Shown here piece by piece: positions 5,962 to 15,237 of a DNA stretch of 37,295 nucleotides. Position 1 is the first letter of the stretch. Each line of letters starts with the position of its first letter. Location of the stretch: assembly GCA_964372605.1 (NCBI GenBank), contig CAYJUC010000002.1:1-37295 (forward strand), written 5' to 3'. The position numbers were made by a program, and so were the translations under genes. The DNA comes from an uncultured bacterium. Its GTDB lineage: Bacteria > Methylomirabilota > Methylomirabilia > Rokubacteriales > CSP1-6. The notes under the pieces are model-generated. The model had not been told where the DNA came from. It saw only the letters and a list, made by a program, of their open reading frames with translations, and searched no databases.

Positions 5962-7470
5962 ATGAGAGAGCGGACCGCCACCGACGTTCAACGCCTCGCC
6001 GCCAGGAGCGCGGCGGCCTTCCTGGAGAGCTATCTCGTCGACGGGGTGTACCAGCGGGACGCCATCGCAAAACTCTGCAGGCTCGCCACAGCATGGGACG
6101 ACGGCCTGAGCCGGGTCGGCCAGCACGTCATCTTTTCCGATCTCGTGGAACGGCTCAGCGATTCGTTCGACAGCCGATCGGTCGCGCTCTACGATCGAAT
6201 ATTCGCGCAGATCATCGAGTTCTGCCGGCGCCTCCCGACCGGAAAGCCGCTCGACGCCATGCTGGGTCGTTTCGGCATGCGGGCGGAGCGAGACCTTCTG
6301 GACCGTAAGAAGAGGATCAAGCGGCCGGTAGCGTTCCCCCGCTCCCGGCGGGCGGCCGTCAAAAAGATATTCGTCCTCTCGAGAGTGACGCTGGGGGCCG
6401 AAGTCGCGGTGACGAGCCTTATCTTGAAAAAGATGAAAGAGGCCTTCCCCGGCGCTCGCGTCGTGCTCCTCGCGCATGCCCAGATGAAGGAGCTCCTGGG
6501 CGGCGACGCGAAGATCACTATCCAGAACGTGCCGTACGCGCGACACGGGCGGCTGCTCGAACGCCTCCAGGCATGGATCGATCTCGTCCGCGCTCTCGAT
6601 CACGAGCGGCGGGGGCTCCTGCCCGGAGAATACCTGATCGTGGACCCGGACTCGCGCCTCACCCAGCTGGGTCTTCTCCCGGTAACCGAGGGCGACGCCG
6701 GGTATTACTTTTTCGAGAGTCGAAGCTTCAAGAAACCAGGGATCAGGCGCATCGGCCAACTCACGGCCTGCTGGCTTACCGATCTCTTCGGGCCGGCGGA
6801 TCACGCGCTCTATCCGTATGCGGCTCTCCTTCCAGAGCACGCCCGCTTCGGCCGGACTCTCTGTCAGCGGATCCGGCTCGGCGGGGAACGCCACGTCGCG
6901 GCCGTCAGCTTCGGCGTGGGCGACAATGCGCGAAAAAGGATTTCAAACGCGTTCGAGACGGAGCTGCTTTCCGCGCTTCTCGATGACGGGAGCCGGATCG
7001 TCCTGGACAAGGGGGTCGGCGACGAGGTGGAGCGGGCAAACGGGATCATCGCCGCGCTCAGAGATCGGGGAAGGAACGTGGTCGAGGTCGAGGAAGGCGC
7101 GACCCCGAAGGGGAGCGCGGGCGAGAGGCTTCGGTGTGACGTTCTGGCCTGGCGGGGGGGGGTGGGTGTGTTCAGCGCTTTGATCGCCGCGAGCGACCTG
7201 TACGTCGGCTACGATTCCGCATTCCAGCACGTGGCGGCCGCCCTCGGGGTCCCCGTCATCGATATCTTTGCCGACCTCGGAAATCCGCTGTTCGTGCGTC
7301 GTTGGGAGCCGTATACCAGAGGAACAGTCAAGACCGTGAAGGCCGGTCCACCGCTTGAGAAAACCCTGGGCCGGGTCCTCGCCGCTCACCGGGAAATCAA
7401 GCGCCGGGCGAATCCCAGACGCTCGCCACGAAAGGTCAACGCTTCACGATCTTCCCGTAGAGCTCGGTGA
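5962..7470 (+). CDS. GT9-like (heptosyltransferase-fold) protein with an N-terminal extension of about 130 aa
   Basis: The only convincing plus-strand gene. It has high third-position GC in frame, KKIFVLSRVTLGAEVAVTSLILKKMKEAFPGARVVLLA, and a C-terminal GYDSAFQHVAAALGVPVIDIF resembling the GT9 GxDSGxxHLAAAxGxP motif. The start is uncertain: ATG 5962 was chosen, and an upstream in-frame GTG near 5901 is possible. Confidence 0.65.
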   Translation: MRERTATDVQRLAARSAAAFLESYLVDGVYQRDAIAKLCRLATAWDDGLSRVGQHVIFSDLVERLSDSFDSRSVALYDRIFAQIIEFCRRLPTGKPLDAMLGRFGMRAERDLLDRKKRIKRPVAFPRSRRAAVKKIFVLSRVTLGAEVAVTSLILKKMKEAFPGARVVLLAHAQMKELLGGDAKITIQNVPYARHGRLLERLQAWIDLVRALDHERRGLLPGEYLIVDPDSRLTQLGLLPVTEGDAGYYFFESRSFKKPGIRRIGQLTACWLTDLFGPADHALYPYAALLPEHARFGRTLCQRIRLGGERHVAAVSFGVGDNARKRISNAFETELLSALLDDGSRIVLDKGVGDEVERANGIIAALRDRGRNVVEVEEGATPKGSAGERLRCDVLAWRGGVGVFSALIAASDLYVGYDSAFQHVAAALGVPVIDIFADLGNPLFVRRWEPYTRGTVKTVKAGPPLEKTLGRVLAAHREIKRRANPRRSPRKVNASRSSRRAR

Positions 7471-8563
7471 ACGCGCGGGCCTGGGCCTCGTAGGTGAACG
7501 GTTCGGCCGCCGCCCGCGCCGCCTCGCGATAGCGGCCGGCCTCCCCATCCCTGAGCGCCTCGAGCCCACGGCAGATCTGGGCGGGATCTTCCGGGTCATC
7601 GACAATCCACCCGGTCTTGCCGGGGACAACCACCTCTGCGCCGCCGCTCCTCCCACTGGTGAGCACGGGAAGTCCCGACGCCAACGCCTCCAGGTGGACG
7701 TTCCCGAACGGCTCGTAGAGGGCGGGGAGCGCCACCAGATCGGCGGCGCCGTAGAAGCGCTCCACGTCGGAGTGAGGCCCGGCCCAGACCACGCGGTCTT
7801 GAATCCCCAGGCGCACGGCCAGCTCTTGATAGGGGGCGGTCCTCCCCTTGCCGACCACGCAGAGCCTGACTCGACGATCGGGGAGGCGCGCGACCCCTTC
7901 GATCAGCGGGCCGAGCCCCTTCCGCTCAAAGCCCGAGCCGACGAAGAGGATCAGCCAGTGATCCGCGCCGATCCCCATCTCACTCCGCGTCCGAGCCCGA
8001 TAGCGCTGGCGATTTTCGGGGGAAAACCGGGTGAGGTCCACGCCGTTATAGATCAGCGCCATCCGTTCGGAAGAAAGGCCGTAGAGCCTCTGGATCTCCT
8101 CCTGGCTCCCGCGGGAGATGGCCACGATCCGGGGTGACCGCTTGGGGTCAAAGATCCGGCGCTCGAGGGCCAGGAGGACACGGTGGTAGGGATTAGCCCG
8201 GAGGCTCAGTCGCCCCGCGACTCCCAGCCGGTGCGCCTTCATCTCGATATATGCCTTATGGCACCCCTCCCCCGCCCGATAGAGGTCGTGGACCAGCGTG
8301 CGCTCGTGACTCTGCACGACGTCGTAGCGCCCGTTCCGGACCGCGGCGCCGGCGACAAGCGTGAACGAGAGGAGCCGGGCCAGCGAGGGTTGGGAGAGAA
8401 CGGGAAGGCGGTGGACCGTGACCCCGCGCCACGGCGCCTGACCGGCCGTGGTCAGGAGGTGCAGCTCCAACCCCTGACGGACCAACTCGCCAATAAGCCC
8501 GGCGGTGGCGGTTTCAAGCCCGCCGTGAAACGCGAAGGGGCGGCAGATGATGGCGAGTTTCAC
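7436..8563 (-). CDS. GT4 glycosyltransferase, WaaG/RfaG-like
   Basis: 375 aa from a GTG start that overlaps the upstream stop (GTGA). Motifs: FHGGLE, VGSGFERKG and EPFGNVHLEALASGLPVLTS, as in LPS core glucosyltransferase I. Confidence 0.85.
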   Translation of the reverse strand: MKLAIICRPFAFHGGLETATAGLIGELVRQGLELHLLTTAGQAPWRGVTVHRLPVLSQPSLARLLSFTLVAGAAVRNGRYDVVQSHERTLVHDLYRAGEGCHKAYIEMKAHRLGVAGRLSLRANPYHRVLLALERRIFDPKRSPRIVAISRGSQEEIQRLYGLSSERMALIYNGVDLTRFSPENRQRYRARTRSEMGIGADHWLILFVGSGFERKGLGPLIEGVARLPDRRVRLCVVGKGRTAPYQELAVRLGIQDRVVWAGPHSDVERFYGAADLVALPALYEPFGNVHLEALASGLPVLTSGRSGGAEVVVPGKTGWIVDDPEDPAQICRGLEALRDGEAGRYREAARAAAEPFTYEAQARAFTELYGKIVKR

Positions 8564-9684
8564 GGCGTCGCGCGCTCGACCAGCGGAAAGAGGAGCTGGC
8601 GGGCAGCCGTATAGCTGTAGCGCTGGACGCAGCGCTCCCGCGCTTTGAGCCCCAGGGCCCTGGCCTCCTCCGGGTGATCCAGCAGGAAGGCGATGGCGGT
8701 GGCAAGCTCCCGGGGGTCGCCGGGCGCCACCAGAAGGCCACAGCCATCCAGGATCTCGGGGATCATGGAAACTTGGGTGGAGACGATGGGACGAGCCAGG
8801 GCCATAGCGTCGAAGAGCTTGGCCGGGACCTGCCCGACGGTGGCGGGGGTCAGGCGCTGGGGAACGGCGACAAGATCGGCGGCCGCCAGATAGTGCGGCA
8901 CCTCGTTGAACGGGATCTCACCCTGGAGCCTCACGCCGATCCCCGTGGCGGAAAGCCGGCGCCCCATGGCGCTCCTGGGCGGACATCCCACTATGGCGAG
9001 AACCAGGTTCCGACGCCCGAGCTGGCGGACGGCTTCGGCGAGATCGTCAACGCCCTTATAGCCGCGAGGCGTCCCGAGGAACATCACCACCTGTTCTCTC
9101 CCCAGGCCGAGACGCGAGCGGGCCCTGGCGGGATCCGCCGTCTCAGGACGCCACGCCTCGGTATCTCGCACATGGGGAATCAGGACTCCGCCGAACCGCT
9201 GGTGCAGAAAGCGGGAGGCCACCGTGAGGCCCTGAACGGCCCCGACCGCGCGTTCCGCCAGCCATGTCCAGGGCAGGCCGTTGGGGTTCGCCAGATTCAG
9301 GAATCTCCCCACCCGACCCCAGGCGCCCGACCGGTAGAAAAAGCCCACCTCCCAGTCGTCGATGTCCAGCAGGAGCGGGCGACGTCCGATGAAGCGCTTG
9401 AGGAGACCGACACCGAAGCTGGTGGGGCGGGGTTTCGAGGCGTAGAGGAGATCCCCGTCGGCCAGCCGGAGGAGCTGAGGGAGCGTCCCGGCGAAGCGCG
9501 GATAGCGGAAGCCGGGAACGCTTCGCTGCCTGATCGCGCCGTCCGCGACCGGACCCCACACCGCGGGCCCGAAGGTAGGACCGACCACCTCCACATCGTA
9601 GCGGGGAGCCAGCAGCCTGGCCAGGAGGTCCGCCCGGCCCGCGGCGTTGTCCGACAGATCGAAGCAGAGAACCGAGATTTTCAC
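8560..9684 (-). CDS. GT4-type glycosyltransferase
   Basis: 374 aa from GTG 9684 (VKISVLCFDL...), a GTGA overlap with the upstream gene, and a C-terminal GT-B pattern (QVPAKLFDAMALARPIVST). The 585-aa track ORF is an overextension. Confidence 0.8.
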   Translation of the reverse strand: MKISVLCFDLSDNAAGRADLLARLLAPRYDVEVVGPTFGPAVWGPVADGAIRQRSVPGFRYPRFAGTLPQLLRLADGDLLYASKPRPTSFGVGLLKRFIGRRPLLLDIDDWEVGFFYRSGAWGRVGRFLNLANPNGLPWTWLAERAVGAVQGLTVASRFLHQRFGGVLIPHVRDTEAWRPETADPARARSRLGLGREQVVMFLGTPRGYKGVDDLAEAVRQLGRRNLVLAIVGCPPRSAMGRRLSATGIGVRLQGEIPFNEVPHYLAAADLVAVPQRLTPATVGQVPAKLFDAMALARPIVSTQVSMIPEILDGCGLLVAPGDPRELATAIAFLLDHPEEARALGLKARERCVQRYSYTAARQLLFPLVERATP

Positions 9685-10805
9685 CGTCCGGCAAGCGACT
9701 GGTAGATCAGGCTGAGACGGGCCGCCACGCTGGCGCCGGAATATCGGCGCGCCACGAGATCGCTCCCGGCCCGGCCGAGGGCCGGGCCCAGTTGCGGAGT
9801 CTCCACGAGCCGGCGCAGCGCGTGAACCAGACCTGCCGGATCCCCTGCCGGCACGAGAAGCGCTTCGCGACCGTCGGTGAGAACCTCCGGCACCACTCCC
9901 GCCCGGCTCGCCACCAGGGGCCGGCCGACGGCCAGATACTCGAAGACCACCCGGCTCATGCCGTCCGACTCCAGCGGAACGTAGAGGGTGATATCCATCG
10001 CCGCCATGGCCTCGGGGGTGTCCGCGACGAAACCGGTCAGCGTGAACTGGTCGTTGAGGCCCTCCGCGTCGATGGCCTCCCTGATCCGCGGCTCCGTGGG
10101 CCCCTGCCCGACGAAGAGGAAGCGAGGCCGGACCCCCTGCCGCGCGAGCCTCTGCGCAGCCTCGACCACGACCCGATGCCCCTTCATTACCCGAAGCCCG
10201 CCGACCATCCCGACCAGTGGGACCTCGGGTGGAACGCCGAGGCGCGCTCTGAACGGCGCGCCGTTCACCCCCGGGTGAAAGCGCTCGAGATCGACGCCTC
10301 CCTGAATGGTCACACACCGCTCGGGTGGGAGCAGCCGGGCCGCCACGTACTGCCGGCGGATCGCCTCGGTCACCGTCACGACCACGTCAGTGGCTCGCCC
10401 GTAGAGCCAGCGGTTGGCCGGGTGGGGGCGCACCGCCTGGACAATGTGCCGGGTTCTGACCAGGGGGCGGGGGGTCGACGAGAGCCGGTTCGCCAGCGCC
10501 GCCAGCCAGTGCTCCTTCCCGCGGTGGACGTGGACGACATCGTAGCTCGGGAGCCAGGCGAGGAGCTGGCGGAGATCGGCGAGATCGTCCGCGGGTTTGA
10601 GGCCACTCCTGAGGGAGAGGGGACGGATTCCGTTCACCCCGATGTCGCGGATCTCCTTCAGAACCCGTTCATCGGCGCTCGCCCGGTAGCCGAGAGTCGC
10701 CTGATGACCGATCTGTTCCAGCTCTCGGACGACCCTGGCCGCCCAGTACGCATCCGAGCTCCACCCCCGGCAGCTCACGAGATGGAGGATTCGGAGCGGT
10801 TTCAT
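9681..10805 (-). CDS. GT4 glycosyltransferase
   Basis: 374 aa from ATG 10805 (MKPLRILHLVSCRGW...), an ATGA overlap with the upstream stop, and ESDGMSRVVFEYLAVGRPLVAS (E-x7-E region). Confidence 0.85.
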   Translation of the reverse strand: MKPLRILHLVSCRGWSSDAYWAARVVRELEQIGHQATLGYRASADERVLKEIRDIGVNGIRPLSLRSGLKPADDLADLRQLLAWLPSYDVVHVHRGKEHWLAALANRLSSTPRPLVRTRHIVQAVRPHPANRWLYGRATDVVVTVTEAIRRQYVAARLLPPERCVTIQGGVDLERFHPGVNGAPFRARLGVPPEVPLVGMVGGLRVMKGHRVVVEAAQRLARQGVRPRFLFVGQGPTEPRIREAIDAEGLNDQFTLTGFVADTPEAMAAMDITLYVPLESDGMSRVVFEYLAVGRPLVASRAGVVPEVLTDGREALLVPAGDPAGLVHALRRLVETPQLGPALGRAGSDLVARRYSGASVAARLSLIYQSLAGR

Positions 10806-11923
10806 GGCGATGCGCCGACGTCTCGGAGGGCGGCCCGGTAGAACGCCTCGACCTGGGAGACCTGGCGTCCCGGGCTGAACTCGCGTTCCACGCGCGCCTT
10901 CCCGGCGGCTCCCATGAGCCGGGCTCGCCCTGGATCGGTCAGAATCGACAGGAGCCCGCGGGCCAGCTGCTCCGGCCGGTCCTCTGAGAGGAGCAGACCG
11001 GTCTCGCCGTCCACCACGGTTTCCGGGAGCGCGCCCACTTTCCGCGCGACCACAGGTTTTCCACACGCCATGGCTTCCAGCGCCGCCCGGCACGACTCAT
11101 CCGAGCCCGCGCCCATCAGGGCGAAGCAATCCATGGCCGCGAGGACCGCCGGAAGATCTTGGTCTCTGTACCCGGCGAAGATGATCTCGCGCCGGAGCCC
11201 GAGCTCCGCCACCAGGGTCTCCAGCTTCGGCCGGGCCTCCCCTTTCCCGACCAAGAGGAGCTTCGCCTCGGGAAGCTCCCTGGTGAGCTCCCGGAATCCC
11301 CGGATCAGAAGCTCGTGGCCACGGTTATGAGCCAGGCGGGCCACTGACCCCACCACCGGCGACGAGCCGAGGCCGAGCTCCTGGCGGATCGCGCTTCCAT
11401 CCTCGCGGAGCTTGAACCGATCGAGATCCGCCGTCCCCCCGATGAACCGGAGGCGGGTCTCGGGGATCCCCGCAGCCCGGCAGCGATCCTCGATCTGACG
11501 GCTCACGGCGATCACCCCGTGGGTCCGACCATAGGGGAGGGCGCCCGACCATCGGGGCTTCACCGCGCGCAGGTTGTGGAAGGTCCTGAACAGCACCGCG
11601 CGCCCGCGCGCGAGCGCGCCGAGCCAGTGATCGTGGGAGTGGTGAGTGTGAACGACCCGGACCCCTTCCGCCCTGACCAGCCTTCGCAGGCGGACGAGAT
11701 CCATGATGAGGTCCCGGGGGGCGAAGCGGTTGTTCAGAGAAAGATCGGGGAGGAGCGGGATCCCGGCTTCCCGGGCCTTCTCCTCGAATCGCTCGCCGCG
11801 GATCAGACCGAGGAGCACGCGGTGCCCCCGGTCCCGGAACCCGCGGGCCAGCTGGATCACGGGGTCGGCGCTCCCCGTCCACCAACGGTTGGCGGCGAGG
11901 TGAAGGATCGTCAGACGGCTCAC
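10802..11923 (-). CDS. GT4 glycosyltransferase
   Basis: 373 aa from GTG 11923 (GTGA overlap). Motifs: ILHLAANRWWTGSADP... and SDESCRAALEAMACGKPVVA. Confidence 0.85.
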   Translation of the reverse strand: MSRLTILHLAANRWWTGSADPVIQLARGFRDRGHRVLLGLIRGERFEEKAREAGIPLLPDLSLNNRFAPRDLIMDLVRLRRLVRAEGVRVVHTHHSHDHWLGALARGRAVLFRTFHNLRAVKPRWSGALPYGRTHGVIAVSRQIEDRCRAAGIPETRLRFIGGTADLDRFKLREDGSAIRQELGLGSSPVVGSVARLAHNRGHELLIRGFRELTRELPEAKLLLVGKGEARPKLETLVAELGLRREIIFAGYRDQDLPAVLAAMDCFALMGAGSDESCRAALEAMACGKPVVARKVGALPETVVDGETGLLLSEDRPEQLARGLLSILTDPGRARLMGAAGKARVEREFSPGRQVSQVEAFYRAALRDVGASP

Positions 11924-13002
11924 CGGTTGATCAGATCACGGTAGAGACGCTCGAGGCAATCCACGACATGGGCGTGGGAGAAGCGAGACCGGACCAGAGC
12001 GCGGCCGCGCTCGGCCATCTCCCCCGCCCTGACCGGCTCGGTGAGCAGTGTTCGGATCGCGGCGGCCAGAGCCGCCGAGTCGCCAGCAGGGACCAGAAGC
12101 CCATTCACTCCGTGCTGCACCAGCTCGGGGATCCCGCCGACCGCCGTTGCCACCACCGGGCATCCCACCGCCATGGCTTGAAGAAGGGACTGGGGGACGC
12201 CCTCGGTACGAGTGGAGGCGAGGACAAAACAGCTCATGGCCCTGAGCAACTCCGGGACGTCGTCCCGGAACCCGGTGAACACCACTCGACCTCCGAGCCC
12301 CCGCGCTTCCGCCAGCTCCTCGACCGAAAGTCGTCGGGTCCCGGCCCCCACGAGGAGGAGAACCGCGGAGTGGAACTCGCCTGCGAGGCGGGCAAAGGCC
12401 TCGAGCAGCTCCGCGTGCCCCTTGGAGCCGCGAAACATGGCCACCGAGCCGATCACCGGGCCGATGAGACCCAGCTCGCGTCGGACCGGGGCGCATGCCG
12501 GTCCCGGGGAGAAACGGGTCAGATCGACACCCGCGGGGAATGCGACCACCTTGGAGCCTCTCACGCCGGCATCGATCAGGATCCGACGGATGGCCTCTCC
12601 GCTGGCGACAATCCGATCCGCGAGGAGCGAGTAGACCGGGTTCCAGCGACGCCGGATCGGAATCGAGACGTGACGGCTCCGCACGACCGGAACCCCGGCG
12701 AGCCGGGCGGCCATCCCTCCGAGCCAACCGTCCACCGAGCTGTGGGTGTGGACCAGCTCGACCCGTTCCCGGCGGATCAGCCCGCAGAGCCGGGCCAGCG
12801 CGATGACGTCCCACGGCGAGCGCATGGAGAGCGGAGTCACGGGAACGCGAACTCGCGGAGCATGGGCGAGGATCCCGCTTCCCGGCTGGCAGGCGATCAG
12901 CAGTCGCCACCCGCGCGCTTGGAGCCAGTCGATCTCTGTGAGGATGCGCACCTCCTGGCCTCCCCACCCCCGGGACGCCTCGGTGTGAAGCACCGTGTTC
13001 AT
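11920..13002 (-). CDS. GT4 glycosyltransferase
   Basis: 360 aa from ATG 13002 (MNTVLHTEASRGWGGQEVRIL...), an ATGA overlap with the waaF stop, and TRTEGVPQSLLQAMAVGCPVVAT. Confidence 0.85.
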   Translation of the reverse strand: MNTVLHTEASRGWGGQEVRILTEIDWLQARGWRLLIACQPGSGILAHAPRVRVPVTPLSMRSPWDVIALARLCGLIRRERVELVHTHSSVDGWLGGMAARLAGVPVVRSRHVSIPIRRRWNPVYSLLADRIVASGEAIRRILIDAGVRGSKVVAFPAGVDLTRFSPGPACAPVRRELGLIGPVIGSVAMFRGSKGHAELLEAFARLAGEFHSAVLLLVGAGTRRLSVEELAEARGLGGRVVFTGFRDDVPELLRAMSCFVLASTRTEGVPQSLLQAMAVGCPVVATAVGGIPELVQHGVNGLLVPAGDSAALAAAIRTLLTEPVRAGEMAERGRALVRSRFSHAHVVDCLERLYRDLINR

Positions 13003-14030
13003 GTCAGGGACAGACACGCCAGGACCTCTCGAAGCACCTCGTCGACACTGATGGAGCGCATACAGACATGCTCGATGGGACAGCGCGTGAGGAAGCACGG
13101 GGCGCAGGGAGGCTTTTTCCAGATGGCGGCGCTCCGGCTCCCCATCGGGCGCGTGCGGCGCGGGTCTGTCGGACCGAAGAGGACCACCACCGGCAGCCCG
13201 ATGGCCGCGGCCAGGTGGGCCGTTCCCGTATCCCCGCTGACGAGCAGGTCGAGCCGCGAGAGCAGACACGGGAGAAGCTCCGGGGAGTCCCGACCGGCGA
13301 GCGAGGGCACGCTGGAGACCGACAGTGCCTGAACCTCTCCGGCAAGGGCCGCCTCCGCCGGAGAACCCAGGAGGAGCGCGGCAATTTCCCGTGAGGCGAG
13401 AGCGTCGCAGAGCGATGCGACTCGCTCGGCAGGCCAGAGCTTGGATGGGCCGAACGCCGCTCCGAGTTGAACGCCGACCAGCGGTTTTTTCTCCCGGAGC
13501 CCCACCGAGTCGAGCAGCTGATCCAGCCGATGGGCATCCACTTCGACCGGCTCGAGCCGCCAGGTCGGCTCCCGTTCTCCCGGCGATAGGCCGAAGGCCT
13601 CGAGGAGGGCGAGATACTCCTCCACTTGATGGCGCCGTTCAGCGAAAGGTTCGATGGAATGAGTGAGGAGGCCGGCGCGTTGATCCGCCGCGAATCCGAT
13701 CCGCCTCCTCGCGCCCCAGAGCCACGCGGCGAGGGCGGACTCCAGCGAGTTCGGGAGGAGGAGCGCCGTATCGGCGCCGAGCGCGCGGATCGGCCGCGTC
13801 GCCGCCAGTCGATCCGTCCACGCCCGCGGATAGGCGAGCCAGTCATCCGCCACGGACTGGCCGGCCAAGAGGCCGGCCCACGCCCCCACCAGCGTGATCC
13901 GCGCGTGCGGCAGGCCGGCGCGGAGCGTCCGGAGCGTCGGAAGCGCCATAACACTGTCGCCGAGCCAGTTGGGGGTCCGGACGATCAGGTGCCGGATCGC
14001 CTCTGGGTGGACAGGAGTCACCGCCGGCAC
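12999..14030 (-). CDS. waaF: ADP-heptose:LPS heptosyltransferase II (GT9)
   Basis: 343 aa. Motifs NWLGDSVMALP, LLLPNSLESAL, GAAFGPSKLWP and GDTGTAHLAAAIGLPVVVLFGPTDP resemble WaaF. Confidence 0.85.
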   Translation of the reverse strand: MPAVTPVHPEAIRHLIVRTPNWLGDSVMALPTLRTLRAGLPHARITLVGAWAGLLAGQSVADDWLAYPRAWTDRLAATRPIRALGADTALLLPNSLESALAAWLWGARRRIGFAADQRAGLLTHSIEPFAERRHQVEEYLALLEAFGLSPGEREPTWRLEPVEVDAHRLDQLLDSVGLREKKPLVGVQLGAAFGPSKLWPAERVASLCDALASREIAALLLGSPAEAALAGEVQALSVSSVPSLAGRDSPELLPCLLSRLDLLVSGDTGTAHLAAAIGLPVVVLFGPTDPRRTRPMGSRSAAIWKKPPCAPCFLTRCPIEHVCMRSISVDEVLREVLACLSLT

Positions 14031-14034
14031 GCCT

Positions 14035-15237
14035 CTACTCGTCGGAGGGGGCCTCGACGGCCCCCTCCGAGACCTCCCCCAAAACAGGTTGCGCCGGCTT
14101 CGCCGGCGCTCGAAGCCCTGTCTGGTTCATGCCGTGATTGCCCCGGCACGCCTCCACGAGAGCCGACCGCCAGCGACCGAGGCCGTCCCCGAGCGCGAGG
14201 CGGATCTGTAGCACCCAGAGCGGCAGCGACGGGAGGGAAAGGCTCGAGAACCGCACCCAATCCTTCTCCGTGGTGATCAACCCCTCCGCACCGCTCTGCT
14301 CTGCCTCCCGCGCGAGGCGGAGCATCTCTTCCTCGCTGTACCAGTGGTGGTCCGGGAACTCGGTGAGGCGGGTCACGGTCACCCCGACCCGCTCCACGGT
14401 CGAGCGGAAATCCGGAGGGTGGGCGATCCCGGCAAAGGCCGCGAGCTTTCGGCCCTGAAGATCTTCCAAGCCCACCGAACCCGAAGCGTGAACTTCCCAA
14501 CATTCTACCGGCTCGTACTCACCCCCGACAACCGGAGCGGCTGGGTTATACTGCCTGATCACGGCGAGAATTCGCCGGAACGCGTCCGCGTCGGGAGACC
14601 GGGTCACCACCACCAGGTCGGCCCGCCCGAGCGCCGTGAGCGGTTCTCTCAGAATCCCCAGCGGAAAGAGGTGGCCATTCCCCCAGGGGGCGCGGCCGTT
14701 CAACAGAACCACCTCCAGGTCTTTCCGGAGCGTCCTGTGCTGAAAGGCGTCGTCCAGCACCAGCGCCTGAACCCGAAACTGCTCCAGGCAGAGCCGTCCA
14801 GCCCGAAACCGGTTCTCGCCCACCACCACCGGCACTCCGGGAAGTCGCCGGGCCAGGAGGAACGGCTCATCGCCCGACGACCTCGGATCCAGCCGGAGGC
14901 TCCCCCGATCCGAAACCACCTGGGTCCCGGAGCCACGCCGTCCGTAGCCCCGGCTCAGGATCCCCGGCTCGATGCCGGCCTCTTGGAGCGTCTGGACCGC
15001 CAGCTCCACCGCCGGAGTCTTTCCGGTCCCCCCGAGTGTCAGATTGCCGACGGAGATCACCGGGCACGGGAGCCTCCGGCTTTTGAACAACCCAGCCCCG
15101 TAGAGGAGGCTCCTGAGCCCCAGGAGCCCGAGGTAGCCGAGGCTCACGGCGCCCAGCCCGAGCCGGGCCGCCGGCGGAACGCCCTGCTCCCAGGACTGCC
15201 TCATCTTCACCCTCGCGGACGCCGACATCCGGTTCAT
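14035..15237 (-). CDS. lpxK: Tetraacyldisaccharide 4'-kinase
   Basis: 400 aa with the P-loop VGNLTLGGTGKTP followed by ILSRGYGRR, and an ATGA overlap with the waaA stop. It carries a C-terminal low-complexity extension of roughly 50 aa. Confidence 0.9.
   Translation of the reverse strand: MNRMSASARVKMRQSWEQGVPPAARLGLGAVSLGYLGLLGLRSLLYGAGLFKSRRLPCPVISVGNLTLGGTGKTPAVELAVQTLQEAGIEPGILSRGYGRRGSGTQVVSDRGSLRLDPRSSGDEPFLLARRLPGVPVVVGENRFRAGRLCLEQFRVQALVLDDAFQHRTLRKDLEVVLLNGRAPWGNGHLFPLGILREPLTALGRADLVVVTRSPDADAFRRILAVIRQYNPAAPVVGGEYEPVECWEVHASGSVGLEDLQGRKLAAFAGIAHPPDFRSTVERVGVTVTRLTEFPDHHWYSEEEMLRLAREAEQSGAEGLITTEKDWVRFSSLSLPSLPLWVLQIRLALGDGLGRWRSALVEACRGNHGMNQTGLRAPAKPAQPVLGEVSEGAVEAPSDE

Noticed and set aside
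4816-6894. Long N-terminal extensions of track ORFs (4816..6894, 8560..10317, 9681..11093, 11920..13269, 16530..17498, 20134..21120, 32172..34010, 3843..4718)
   Set aside because: The extensions run through the 3' ends of the upstream genes and are low-complexity. Internal ATG/GTG codons forming ATGA/GTGA junctions give proteins of family-typical length and N-termini.
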